A program made the position numbers and the translations under genes. From assembly GCA_028534125.1 (NCBI GenBank), contig CM052816.1:91886001-91950000 (forward strand): a stretch of DNA of 64,000 bases. Reading direction: 5' to 3'. Positions 1 through 13,734 of the stretch are shown here, piece after piece. The notes beneath the pieces were generated by a model, which was not told the DNA's origin, did no database searches, and saw only the letters and a program-made list of their open reading frames with translations. Position 1 is the first letter of the stretch; the number at the start of each line of letters is the position of its first letter. This DNA comes from Lama glama. Lineage: Eukaryota.

Positions 1-261
1 GAACAGGGACAGAGGAAGGAACAGACAGAGGCACTTCACCACCCTCCCCATTACTGATAAGAGTTCTCGTCCTGGTTCAAGTCCCAGCTTGTATTCCACA
101 TATTACCCCATGTCCTTTTTTTCCCCTCATTTCTTTGGCAAATTTGTGGGGAATTCTAGTATTTACAACTAAACAATGCATGTTTAAGAAACATGAGTAA
201 GTTTTCAATTAACCTCTTTAAGCCTCATTTCCTCATCAGTAAAATGGGGATTTATATATTT

Positions 262-1420
262 GTTCAATAAATTTTCCTCCAGTGTCTACCATTTGCCAAG
301 CACTAGCTAGGTGGTGCAGAAACAATGGTTAGACATTCCAGAAAATATCCCTACTGCTGTGAGTTCACGGTAGAGTAGAAGACTTATATAAGCTTTAGTG
401 GATAAATCAATCATACGAATAAACATAAAATTACAACTCGGGTAAGTGTTACAACTGCAGGAGGACATGATATACTAAAAAACGTATTTGAAAGAGGCTG
501 ACTTGAGAGAAAGTCTGAGAGGGACTATAAGTAAAGATTAACAAGGCAAAGAGGGGTGAGAAAAGCATTCTAGGCAAAGGCAGCATCATTTGCAAAGATT
601 CCTAGGAGAGAAGGAGCATGGTAAATACGATGGCTGAAGAAAAGACAAGTGGGAAGGAGGCATCATAGAGAGAAGAAGGGAAACTGTGATGTGAGATGAT
701 GCTGGACAAGAGGGCTGGGGTCAAAGTGCCAGAGGCTGTTGGGGGCCATGATGAGTATTTTGATCTTTATTCTAAGAAACTTATTCCAAGATCAGTGATT
801 AGTTTTAAATAAGAAGATGTTAAGTTAGATCTGCCTTTGAAAATATCACGCTGGCTGCACCGTGGAGAGTATATTGGAGGAGACAGGAATGGATTTGAGT
901 GGACCAGGTAAGAGGATGTTTCAAAGGAGGTCCAGGGCAGAGGACCAGGAACAGAAGCAAAAACATGAGTTTGATTAAGTATGTATTGAAACAGCCAAGA
1001 TGAGAGTGATGTTTCATCTCAGAAAGCTACTGAGCATGTGCGTGCAGAACCTGGTTAGCAGGTCTAAACCAGAGACAATTTGTGAGTCAAGGAGATCAAT
1101 CTGTAGTCTTAATGGAAGACATGGGGACAGGTGAATCTGCCAAGGGAGAGATGAGGGTGTGAGGAGAGGAGAGGTGAAGGGTGGCCAGTGGGTAGTGATT
1201 GGCATAAAGGGGGATGGTCCACAGGGAGGCAGAGGCAAGACCAGGAGACTGGTGTGCCATGAGCCAAGAATGAAGGTGTTTCCATGAGAACAGGAGGAAG
1301 TGGCCAATAGCATTCAACAAATGACATGATGGCTAATGGAATTAAAGTGGATAATAGGAAAAACCTCCAGGACAGTATCGGGCATAGTACAGTGAGCTCT
1401 GAAAATAAAAAGGCAATTGC
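262..1420 (-). mobile_element. LINE-2 (L2) fragment, 3' portion
   Basis: Starts with the reverse complement of the L2 3' end (TTCAATAAA...CTACCATTTGCCAAGCACTAG) and continues as the degenerate purine-rich L2 body. Confidence 0.7.
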
Positions 1421-3699
1421 CATCATGAATAGCTCACAGATTTAAGAACATCAAACTAGACAATCCATATGTCAGAGCACTTTACAAGTGGAAGGCTTTC
1501 AACAGATGTAACAAGCAACACCTTGCCTGCTTTTGAAAATCAAATGAGCTGTTTTGCATCTACAAATCCCTCCAAGACTAAGGGATACCGTGAAATAGGC
1601 AAGATGATATGAAAATGAGATGAACACTGAAGAAAGAGGAAGAGACGGTGAGACTCTTTGGAACACAAGAAACAGGGGCGTCCATTGGCCATGTGAGCCA
1701 AGAGTGAAATTGATTTTCAAGCTTCCCCCCAGTGCCCGCCAATGACAGGTGCAGCGGTCAGAAGTACTGCATTCCCACACACGTACATAAACACACATAC
1801 ACGAAAACATAATCCGCCCTCCAAATCCAGAAATTAAACCAATAGGCATAAAATGAATTTCTCTGGAAAAATCCTTAATATGTAATTTTTTTTTGCAGTG
1901 GCTAAAGATATATCCCCTATCCAAAAAAAAAAAAAGTTAAAATTATTTTAGTAATCAGATGACAATCAACAGGGCCGTACAGCCTTGAATACCAGTCACC
2001 ATCCTGCCACCACTGCGCAGCGTGAGGCTGGGCAATCATTTAATGACTCAGGGCAATGGTTTACTCTTCCGTTTGTTAAAATCCCCTTCCAATGCCAAAA
2101 GAGTAAAATTCCTGCTCTTGATAATATCCCATATAATGCATACAGGACAGACCCCTAGTGTTACTACCAGTCGGATAATTATGCAGAAATAATGCACCGT
2201 TCTTGTGCTTTGTAGATAGAAGCTCACAGAGCACAAAGGCTCTCTGCCTTGAAAGGGGGAACTGTTCAAAGGTTGGTGCCCAACAGCTAAAGGAACGGGA
2301 TTCCATGGAAACACAGATGCTCCCGGGTCAAGTACATGTTCTGAGAAAGCAAGGGACATGCAGATGAACACAAAGTAAGCGGCCAGGGCTTCCCCCAGTG
2401 GGGTTCTCTCTAATCAAGTCCTTGTACCTTAAAAGTGACAATTTTGTGGCCGCGCTGAGTACAACACAAACACTTAGAGATGAAAGGCAGGGGCTTCCCG
2501 GTCAGAGGCTACCCGCCTCGTTCTCCCAACCCAAAAAAGTGGACGTTCATCTTGCTGAAAACTGGTGGAAAATAATAACTCCCACCCTGTTTGGTATGGC
2601 CAAGAGCCCAGATTTAAATTTCAGCATTTGCTGGGATGCTACTGTTTTAATCGAGTCTTGAACTGTTTCAGCTGCTCGAAAGGGGAGGTCAGAAATGGTG
2701 GGTGGGCAAGTTCAAGGCCAGGTGGGCTCCCCTGAGTCAGGACCCAGGTGAGGTGTAAGGTGATGGTGGTCTCATCGCCTACAGGCAGTCTCCGGAATGG
2801 AGGGCAAGGCATTTTCGGGGATGAGTTTTGGAGAGCTGGGGTCACCACAAGGAGATCTGAACTTGTTTTCAATGCTGAACAAGTTTCAGAAGCAAAAAGG
2901 TTCAAAGCAGTTGGATGGCCAAGTAAAGAAAGAAGTTTGCCAGCAGCCCTGGGTCTCCCTGCGGGCCACTCCCCAGCTTGGGCAAGAGGTTATTCGGGAT
3001 CTCTGAGTCCCCTTCTTAGCATCTGCGAAATGAACGGGCTGACACAGCCTGAACGTCTTCATGGCTCCTTTCAGGTCTCAGCAGTACCCCCCAGATTTCC
3101 ATCTCTGTGTTCCGTTTTTATTTGGCAAAATCAAAATCACCTTGGGCTCCCTGTCACCAATCACACCATCTCCATTAACCACGTCCCAGGAGCCGCTGGT
3201 TACATGATTTTTATTCCAGGCTCCAGGGATGTCCCACCAGCTCAGTGATGGAAATGAGTTTTCCAAGCCTCCTTCAAGGGAAAATAAAAATATTAAAGTC
3301 GCCTTTGAAAAATCCTGCCAAGCTTCTAGGCTTACATCTTGAGAGGACATTTTTTATTTAGAGCACCCCTGAGAGATGGAAAGAAACGAGTAATCTGGGA
3401 GAATGTTCCTGTTTCGACAGATTGAGCCAATGTTCTCTAGCAGGAGAGATCTTCAGAAACACACCCTCCTAGGCTTTTGCACAGAAGTCCTGCCAAAATC
3501 TCTAGATACACACAGCCTCACTGTGACCACTCACAGCCCTGCTTATGGAAGCATCCTCCTCCCCCACTCTCCACCACTCAGCTTTTGTCCCCTGCATCCT
3601 ATCTGCAATGACCAGGTCTCTGGTTTCCAAAACTTTCTCCCACAGGGACCATCCTGGTAGCTAACAGAAATGAAGGCAGTACCAGGGTGGTTAGGGCGG

Positions 3700-4080
3700 C
3701 ATCCAGCAACGTCTCCTGGAAAGGGCCAGAGAGGAGTCTTTTCAGCTTTGTAGGTCTGGCGTCAAAATCAAGGTAACTATGTAGATACTTACAAAAAAAA
3801 AGAAAAAACACATTTCCACATTTCTTTTATCTACCAAATCCTAAATACAAAAATTCTCACTGAGTACAATCACTTGCAGAATATGAATTTACTAATGAGA
3901 GATTGTAATTATTCGCGAGGGATTCATATGATATTTCCCTTAATGGGGATTCAAAAGTAGTGTTTCCCATCATCATTTCAATGGCAGTGTCCATCCAAAA
4001 AAATCATCCGGAGCTTTAGGCCCTTACAAAGGCAGAGAACAGGCAGCATGTGGCTGGCAAGCTGTAGTTTACTGATTCAG
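3700..4080. mobile_element. hAT-Charlie DNA transposon relic (MER58-like)
   Basis: AAAGGGCCAGA...GCTTTGTAGG start and AACAGGCAGC...GCTGTAGTTT end motifs typical of the MER58 family. Confidence 0.55.
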
Positions 4081-4249
4081 GGAAGTTTAGGGCACAAGCT
4101 TTTTTGAGATTCTGGCTAAGTCTGGGTTGAATACTGGTGCTAAAACTTACTTACCAGCTTCTGACTTCACTTCTTCAACACAAAACTGTCTCCTCTTTAT
4201 ATGAGAGGCCAAGAAGGTCATTGGGAGCCTTCTGTGAACTAATCACTAA

Positions 4250-4450
4250 CATCCGTCAAACTCCTACGAGGTCCCGGAAATTATTCTAAGTGCTCTCTGT
4301 CTGTTGTGTATTAACTCATTTAGTGACTGAAACATTCCTACAAGGTGGATGCAGTTTTCACACCCATTTTATAGATGAGGAGACTGAGGAACAGAGAGGT
4401 TAAGTAAAATGCCAGTGGTTAGCCACCTACATACGAACACAGGCAGATGG
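4250..4450 (-). mobile_element. MIR SINE
   Basis: MIR core CCCATTTTATAGATGAGGAGACTGAGG...AGAGAGGTTAAGTAA. Confidence 0.75.
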
Positions 4451-5609
4451 AGGGCACCGCGCACCACGCAGCGCCTTCGAGCTGTGTTTGATGAATGTTG
4501 GCGATTATCACTTCCACTGTTGTTAATGAGGTATGTCAATGAAGTAATAATTAGGATGAATTTTTAATGTACATTCCAGAACACAGACATCAACATGAGT
4601 TTGTCCTTCAAGGAGCACGCCTTTGGAGGCTTTCTGTGTTCCAAAGCATCATTGTTCAAAACGTTCTTGGTTCTACCCTTCAAAACCATAGTTTATTAAC
4701 TTCAGGGGGCGTTCAGATTCAGTCTTCCCTGGCTCCTAATTTCCCTTTCTACATTATAAGCTAGTGAATCAATTAATAAAATATCAGACTGCTTCATAAG
4801 ATGGTCTATTGTTGACTTAGGAGAAAAACTCCCAGCATCCTTTCATGGTTAAACAGAAAATTTAAATGCCCGGCCAAGATGCTTCCCTGTTTGTCAGTGT
4901 CTGTCTTCCTGATCCGCTCACTAGGATCAGCCCACACCCAACCTCCCATAGGCCTAGGAGCCGGGGCCAGGGAACCAGCCCACACTTCTTGATGGCACAT
5001 CCTCTTCGCTGCTGCCCCTCGGTCCTTCACTCGTCTCTCCTGGGTCCCCGCTCACCCCAGCCTCTGCACCAAACTGCCAGACATTCCTCCCCAAACATCC
5101 ACATAGTTCCCTCCAGTCCTTAGGAACTAAATGGAAGAGGAACACTTCCCAGGAGATGATCAGTTTTCTTAATTTTCTTTAAACATTCACCCCCAGAGTG
5201 CAAACCTGAGGAGGCCCAGGAGAGCAGATGCAAAGCTCCCGTAAGGAGCTCATAAACCAGGCCTTGGAGGTCCACTCCGAGGCCCCTCTCCCCTCTGGAA
5301 ACCTCGGGTACCTCCAGAATTTTAAGTGCAAGATGATGTCTCCAAATCCATATCGCTGAACTAAATCTCTCCTCCAGGCCAACAGCACGTCTAATCAGCT
5401 GGACCATGCCCTCTGGCATAGTACCCCTGGATTTCCCACTCTCCCAAAAAGCTCAGTGTGTCAACTACCGTATGCTCAAAAGCTTCTTTCTTCTGGCTTT
5501 CGACTCGACTCGTGATCACATCCTCACACCACAGGGCTCTGTCCACCCGCATTCCCCTTCCCAGCCCCTCCACTCCATTCAACTTGCAAAGCCCCACCTC
5601 TCTCTGCAG

Positions 5610-5940
5610 GCATCTATCCAGTAGAAAAACGAAGCCAGCCAAACTGCCCACCTTATATGCCATTTTAAACATTCTAGAAGTTGAATTTAAAAAGTAAAAG
5701 AAAAAGGTAAAACAAATTTTAATATGTTGTGTTTAATGTAATATATCCATAATGCTATGATTTCAATACGTAATTGATGTAATATAGGAAGGAGATATTT
5801 TACACTTGTCTTCATACTAAGTTTTCAAAGTCCAGTGTGTGTTTCCCACTTACAGTAAGTCTTGATTCAAATCAGCCATGTTGCCAGGGCTCAGTGGCCA
5901 CATATGACTAGTAGCTGCCATGGGGGACAGTGCAGATCTA
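5610..5940. mobile_element. MER33-like hAT-Charlie DNA transposon
   Basis: TCCAGTAGAAA...GAGATATTTTACAC...CATACTAAG...CACTTACAG...GTGGCCACATATGACTAGTAGCT...GGACAGTGCAG matches the remembered MER33 layout with degenerate TIRs. Confidence 0.7.
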
Positions 5941-8900
5941 AACCCCACCCAACACTCAGGGACCAGCTACATTCCTTCCCCCTGCAAGATCCCTCTAGTT
6001 CCTGAAGCTCTTGTGTATCTTCTTCTTCTTTGAATTGCTGTTCTAATGATGACCAGCACACTTTTTCCCACATATTTTTATGACTGTAAACTTTGTCTTT
6101 GCAACCAGGCTCCAAAGATATTAATAACAACATCTATTTTAGCCACAGCATCTCTTATCATGATGCCAGACCTAATCATTCAAAGAATATGTGTTAATTT
6201 GTGGACAAGGCATCAACTAATTGTGTCAGCAATAAATAAAGGGGAAAATTGAGGGTCAAATCATTAAAAATTTTTTAAAAAGCAAAACCACAGTGACATT
6301 CAGTTGAAGAAAATGACAATCATATGAAAATACATTGTTACCCCTCTATAGTGCTATTATTCAATTTAATCTGTATTTTGGGGTGTGTACGTTTCAAATG
6401 CTGGTATGTTAACATCATGTCTGCAATCCTCATCAAATATGAGGGAATAACACTGGAGAAAAACTAGAGATGATAACAAATAAAAAAGACATTGGGCAGA
6501 AGCTCCTCATCACACTGTGGGATTTTTTTTGGTGCGGGGGTGTTCCTTATCTAGCTGCTAATGCCATCAGTAGACCCTCGTGTCCAAGAGGGACTCTCTA
6601 CCCCATTCATGTAGAACCCCCAGTCCTGGGGCAGTCAGTTCCATTACTCCATTGCTCCTAGTTTCCCTTTCTAAATTATAAACTACTGTATCTGACAATA
6701 AAACATTATACCGCCTCATAAGATGGTCTATTGTTAAATGAGGGTAAAAAGAGCTAGTGGAGTGTCTAGCGCAGGGCCAGCGTTCAATAACGGTTTACGG
6801 ACTGAACTGGTAACAGGTAGGACTGGTACCTGAATCATGATGATGAGAATAAGGATAATGTGTGATGAGAAATATGAAATCAGTGCGAGCAGAGAGGACC
6901 GCACGGGAGAAATAAACTTGTCTTCCTAATTACTCTAAGGATATTCCCGTATGTCTCAAAGACAGTCAGGTAGGGAGATACCACCTCTGTCTATAAAAGA
7001 TGTGCAGAATGTAGGAGCAATGTCGCCAGGAAGATCCTTTTCTTTCCTCCGCTAGATACAGAAAATCTCAATATCCTTCATAGTAGAGTGTCGGGAGATT
7101 TTACCTTGGCACATTGAAGGGGATACATAATGACCCCCGAACCAAAAAATGAACAAATAAGAAATACAATGGGCTAAAGCGAACGAGGTCAGATGAAGGT
7201 AAAGTTCACATGATTCATGGAGGAAGGCGAATTCTGCTGAGTAGTTAACAGGACACTTCTCTGTGCTTTTAAGCAATTAAGAGGTATAATGAGTGTTTCA
7301 AGGCTAGAAGTGACTTCCACTGGGCTGTTTAATTTCCCTACTCACAGGCAACTTCTATATCTCCATCCTAGTCTGAAATTAACCATGAGTATAAGCCTAG
7401 GCCCCAGACTTAAAGGAAATATAATGTATCTTTCCTGTTTATTTTTGGTGGCATCTAAGGTATGTGTACAGGGATGGGGCGTGTGTGCGTGTGTTGTAGA
7501 GATTACACCCCAAAATGGGTGAGCTGGCATTATCAGATGCCTTAACAACATACTAGATAAGCAACTGCAAAATCAAACCAATAATGAAAACAGTCATGGT
7601 CAAAGACGGGCTCATGGAATAATTAATTCTTAAAAGGACACTTTGACTGTCACATACAACAACTTCAGCGTCTTTCCAGTGAGTGCTCATGTGAGGAGGG
7701 TTTCTTGACCGACTGAAATAGAAGCATGTCTGGATAAGCAAGGGCAGTCTAACTGCTGACAGAGGACAGAGTAATGCAAATTTGGCAGGCCAAGTACATT
7801 TGTTTCCTGGGCCTAATTCGTTTTGAGAACCATTTCCAAACAGTTGGAAGACTTTAAAAGAAATAGATACCTCACTGACAGCTCAGTGGCCCAATAGCCA
7901 ACCCTCATCACCCACTAGCCTTCTGAGGGAGCTTGACATTTTGCTCTTCACCTTTCTGTGCATCTCACTGATTACCAGACCCCTGCTTGTCAAATTCCCA
8001 CCGACCCACCAGCAGTTTCTCCCTGCACATTTCCAGTGTCGTGAAGATACAAACCACAGTAAATAATTTAGTCCTTGCTAGACTGGTCTTAAAAGTAGGG
8101 AATGTGCCTTATTCATCAGTTTACCCCCAGTGCCTAGCTCGAAGCCTGTTACATATTAAAAACAGTATAAATAGTTGTTGGACCAAAGTGGGGTTGTTGA
8201 TTTCCTTTTGGAAACACTGGAAGAAAATATCTCTCTTCTAAGGCCAACTCTCCTCTGTATTACTCACAAATGGTCATCCATTAAACCTATATTTAGACTT
8301 TCACTGCTTAGGAACCTCAAATTTCTCTTCAGCATGCAAAGGGCAGCTGGTAGGGTGCCTCCTTCTCTGCACCGGTCCCCAAGCTGTCTCTAGCTCAGGA
8401 AACCAGTTCTTCTGTATTCTGGAAGCAAATTACCTCTCCTGTTTGCATAAAGGGGCATAAAAATCATGGGGACATTAACATAAAACAGAGTAACTTTGTT
8501 CGTGTTTTAGTCTATCTCATGATTTAAAAAGCAGAAAAGGAATTCGCAGTTTGGAACATTTGAGATTTGTCAAAATATGCAAAAGGTCTTATGGATTCTG
8601 AAGTTTATCTCTCCTCTGCTCCATGCCTACTGACATCACAAAGAGCCATTTATGATTTAGGGGAAAAAAACGTAGAAGTTTGAAATTTCTTGCTCTTCAC
8701 AAATGTTGAAATTGTGCCAAAGGAATAATGACAGTTATAGGCCTAAGTGTATGAAATACATGATCATACTCCCCAGGGTAGACAGTTACAGTAATCATAT
8801 TGGAAAAAAAATCACGGAATGTGCTAAAATTGTAGCTAAAAATAATTTGTCATTGCAGGGTTGTAGAACATTCATAGGAAGGTCTGATGGATGATGGCAG

Positions 8901-9778
8901 AAAAGTTTCTTATGCCTCCTGGACCTGCATTTATTAACCAGTTAAGTGGGATAATCAAGAAAATGTGGATACATCCACTTAATGCCATATACAGTTACAT
9001 GAAAGCCAATGAAAAAAGTCTGCATGAAAGTTATTTGGAAATATACAAAGAACCATACTGTTATAGTATTCACTGAAGATAAATATTTAAAAGATTGCAA
9101 TTTTTTTCTTTAAAAACACTTAAATAAAGCAAGGTCACTGGTATAAAGTATAATGATGTATCAATTCTGATGTTTAATTCAGGATATGGTTTCTTAAAGA
9201 ATGTTACCTGTCAACTAATGAGTCCTCATTTAGACAAAGATCTCTAGGAACTTACAAGGAAATATAATCAGGATATATTAGGTTAAAAAAAAAAAGCTGC
9301 ATCTAAAAGCAGACTGCCTTCTGTGTTAAGACAGAAGAAAGGAAATCCCCACTCGCACACTTATTCGTGCAAAAAGAAACAGAGGAAGGGTAGCCTGGAA
9401 AGTAGTAAAAATGGCTTCCCAGAGGGATGCTTGAGGCGGAGGACGGTGGGGGCAAAGGAAGGGGAAGGGAACAGTGCTTCTCTGCCTACACCTTTTGATA
9501 TACATACAGTTTTGACTTTTAAACCTTTCAACGGTTTCCCATATTAAAAAATACAATTAAATTCTCCCAAGAAATGAAAAGGAAAATAAACTCTACATTT
9601 GAATACAAACAGTATGGGTGAGATACTGGCATTGTGATTATGTAAGAGAATGGCTTTCTTTCTACGAGACTCTCCTGCTGGAGTATTTGGGAGTGAGGTG
9701 TTATTAGAGCTGCACTTTATTTGCAAATAGTTGAGCCAAAATGAAAATGTATCTGCAGATGCATACTCACATGTGAGC

Positions 9779-9808
9779 GCACACACACACACTCACACAC
9801 ACACACAC
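9779..9808 (+). repeat. interrupted (CA)n microsatellite
   Basis: Direct observation. Confidence 0.9.
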
Positions 9809-10593
9809 GGATAGAGAAGGAGGGACATAAGGCAAGGGACACAAAATCTCACAACTTGATGAGCCCACGGGAAATGTCACCAAAAAACATTTTACTTTCA
9901 TTCTTTTTCTCCTACCACCAAACAGAATTTTACCCTGAGCCTTGGAGAGCTGCTCAGGGCTGCCTTGCCTCATTGGTAGAGGCTGGAGGGCAGGGGGTCA
10001 GAGAGGCAGGCAGGAGATTACCCCCTGGGAGATGAGACTGAGTCCTAGGAAGAAACATCTGGACTTAGTGCCATGTGCTTGGGGTGGGGTGGGGGGGGAC
10101 TTGGAACAAGTCTTCCTGCAGGTCAGATTCTGAGGCAAAATGGCTCAGTAAAAGACACTTAGCAAATTTAAAATTTTGATTTACAATAACACGTTGCCCT
10201 TCAAAAGGACCATATACCCAATCAGTGAAATATACTTTGGGCATTTTGTTTTAAAAAGGGTCTCTTCAGTTAAACAAATACTTGATTAGAAGGACAAGAA
10301 AAGCAAGTTAACATTGACCCTGATTCATGACCTTTTTAATGGTATCTCCCTGTCAATTAAGGCAAAGTGCTCTATTCAGGGAGTCCCATCTCCCTCAAAC
10401 TAGTTCTTCCATGGTTTATTCTATCTTTATCTGGGGAAAAATGGATAATCAAGTCATTCTGAAAAAGCTATTACCGTGAAACAATGGTAAAAGGGACAAT
10501 TAGGAAATCAGATTTTCACCCAACCATGTATTTCCTGAAAACCCATAAACAGAGTAAAATGAAGGATCCTTGTCAAGAATTGTGTTAACTATT

Positions 10594-11042
10594 TTTATTT
10601 TTTAAAATTTTGTTTTATTGACGTGTACTTGAGTTACAATATTATATTAGTTTCAGGTGCCTGGCATAGAGATGTAGTACTTTTATAGATTATATTCTAT
10701 CTAAAGTTATTACAAAACAGTGGCTATATTTCCCTGTTAATACATCCTTGTTGCTTATCTATTATTTATATAGTTTCTGTCTCTTAATCCTCTAGCTCTA
10801 TCTTGCCCCTCCCTCCCTCCCTCCCTCTCCCCACTGGTAATCACTAGTTTGTTCTCCATGTCTGTGAATCTGTTTTCATTTCAATATATATATTCATTTG
10901 CTTTATTTTTTAGATTCCACATAAAAGTGATAACGTGTTTCTCTGTCTTATTTCACTAAGCATAATACTCTAGGCCTCTACACATGGTTACAAATGGCAG
11001 AATTTCATTCTTTTTTATGACTGAGTAATATTCCATAGGCTG

Positions 11043-11080
<38 letters not shown>

Positions 11081-11269
11081 AATACACACCACATCTTCTT
11101 TATCCATTCATCTGTCAATGGGACACTTAGGTTGCTTCCGTATCTTAACTACTGTAAATAATGCTCCTGCTGTGAACACTGAGGTGCATGTTATCTTTCT
11201 GAAGTAATACTCTCGTTTTCTTCAGTTATATACCCAGGAGTGGAACTGCTGGATCATATGGTAGTTCTA
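10594..11269 (-). mobile_element. 5'-truncated L1 3' end with internal (TG)n at ~11047-11076
   Basis: T-rich tail followed by the reverse L1 3'UTR/ORF2 end (TTAGATTCCACATA...CTTCTTTATCCATTCATCTGTC...GCTGGATCATATGGTAGTTCTA). Approximate TSD GTGTTAA(A)CTATT at ~10582 and 11271. Confidence 0.85.
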
Positions 11270-13734
11270 AGTGTTAAACTATTTTTTAATGAATTTAAAG
11301 AATACTTTGAGTCATATGCAAAATGCCACTGTTTTATAAAATAATTAAAATATTATTTACATAATATTCTTCAATTTGCAAAAGAAAGCCTAGGAGATGT
11401 ATATTGGAAAGATGGCCTCCTTTCATGAATGCTCCAAGGCAGAAATAAACGGGAGGAGGGGCAGCCACCCACACCTTCAAAAAATAAGTGTAGAGTATCT
11501 GACAAAATCTGTCTTTTGGGACACTGAGAGTCCCCAGTCTGTCTCCCTCAACAATAGAAGATTTATGGTGGAAAAACGCATCACAGCCCAAATGGTAAAG
11601 GTACAGATGACTCACAGTCAACTTAAAAAAAGGTAGCAGGTAAACAAAGTATTATGTAGACCAGCAAGAACGACTCAGCTTACAAAAAACCCTTCTGTGA
11701 AATTCAAAGATTGCCCGTCATCCTTGTTTTGAACTTTATGGTAGTGTGTGGGTCAGGAGAAACATGAAAGCTGAGTACCACTCTAAGAGCTGGGCTATTT
11801 TTCTATGGTTCCCTGTTTACAACGTCACTCATCCAAGTGCCTGCTTAGCAGGGGCTGCCGTCAGTCATCAGAGCTCAACCCTACAAAGCCAGCTAAGATG
11901 CAGTGCAAGTCATTTGCTGTTGGGTATAATGAGGTGGTGCTGTTGCATTTTTATTGCCATTAGAATAAATTGTTCACAAGAGAAAGATGCTTCAGCTATT
12001 AAAATAAGTGAGGGGGAAAAAAGCTCAGGTATATAAGTATGTTTTATGTGAAACGCTCAGCCGAACATCTGCAAATCATTTGAGTTCTGCAAGCTAATAA
12101 AAAGTGTATGTGCTTTTTCCTCCGATTTATCCTCCAGAATCTTTTCTTCTGTCTACCATTCATAAGAATACATTTTTATTTTCTCCTCCATCAACATTTT
12201 TCACTGGCTCCTCTAAAATATGCTGTCTCTAAATCTGTACAGAAGAACTACCCAAACACGCTTTCGGAGTTTGTGTAAACCCACAAGTAAGCAAACTCAC
12301 TGATTTGCCCCGCATTTCTGCTGGAATCATACCAACACCATGTCACTGACCCACCGCGCCCCACCAGTCCCTCCAAGCGCAAGCGGCCTGTGTGGGGCCT
12401 TTCATAATCAGAGCTGATGCATTTAAACAGATTTAAATAGAGGGCTCTGCCAGGGTGCATGGAAGAGAGAGTATTAGGTTCCCCGAGCACATTTGCCATT
12501 AATATTCTGAACCCATGAATGCCAGTAATTTCTTAAAAACTTGACTTTCAATGTCAACTTGAATCTGTTGATTTCTGTCCTAGGATTTAGCAAAAACCTA
12601 TTATTCTACATCCTCCAATACTCTCAATGCAATTATGTTGTGTAAGACACCGAAGGGGGTGACTGGCATCTTCAGTTTACTCCCTGAAGATATTTGTCTT
12701 TGCTTGAATTTTCTAATAGCAAACCCACTGAAATGCATAACATGGGGTCTTTCTATATGCTATTAGCAGATAAAGAATAGAATAGTAGGGACTTGCTTCT
12801 AAGAGAAAATCATGTTCTCAGAAACATACCCTATCAAGAGTTGTTTCCTGTAGACAGTTACAACCTTCAAACTGGTTTTCCTATTGTGCCACCCTTTCCA
12901 TACGTAACAGCACACTGAATAAGCAAGACTCAGAAAGTATTTCGGTCCTCCACTACTCCTTTAGAATGTATTCAATAAAGGGAAAATTCCCCCCACTCCT
13001 GGATAAAAACTCAGGGAACTGACTCCTACGTGGAGGAGAAACAAAATGAGCAGAAGAGACCTCACTTGACTGGCACAGATGGAGCCTGGGCTAGGCTAAC
13101 ATTTAATCCATTTTTCTGGATTCTATGGGCTACTCCTCACCATAGCTCATTATCTCTCACAGCAGGTCCCTTGAAATGGGAGAGTGTCAAGCTGGCCACA
13201 TACTCCTTCTGCAACCCAAGATCCAATGATACCTCCAGCTTCCCTTCGCCGGAGCTAGTCAACCCCAGGGGCACCTATTTGACAGCATCTAAGACCTTAT
13301 CTCTTGCTCACGGGGTCCTCACATCCTTAGGAAATACTCCAGCATCTTCTTCCCCATACATTCACTTTGCTCTGCACACTGAAGTAGCTCGCCAAGAAGA
13401 TTTTCCAAGGAGAAGACAGACCTTCATCTCTTAAATGGCCTTAAAGGGAAGGGCAGGCACCCCTCTTGTCCTCTCTGGGTAGGGGGAGGAGGCCCACGAA
13501 ACACTAACAATTCTCTCTAAAGATATCCGCTTTCATATTTTCTCTTTTCATCTTCAATAACTCAACTCTTTTTAGCCCCTATGCACATAGTGAGTGATTC
13601 AAGCATTATAAAACTAGTTTTTGAAATTTTACTAAAAAAATCTGTATTCGGTCTGGAGTCTTTGGGGCATCATATCTACTGTGTTTTCATGCCTCAGTCA
13701 AAACTCATCTTTTGATACCTTGTTAAAAATGCTG

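Noticed and set aside
2639..3248. Overlapping 88-166 aa ORFs
   Set aside because: No recognisable domain, coding-like composition or consistent splice signals.
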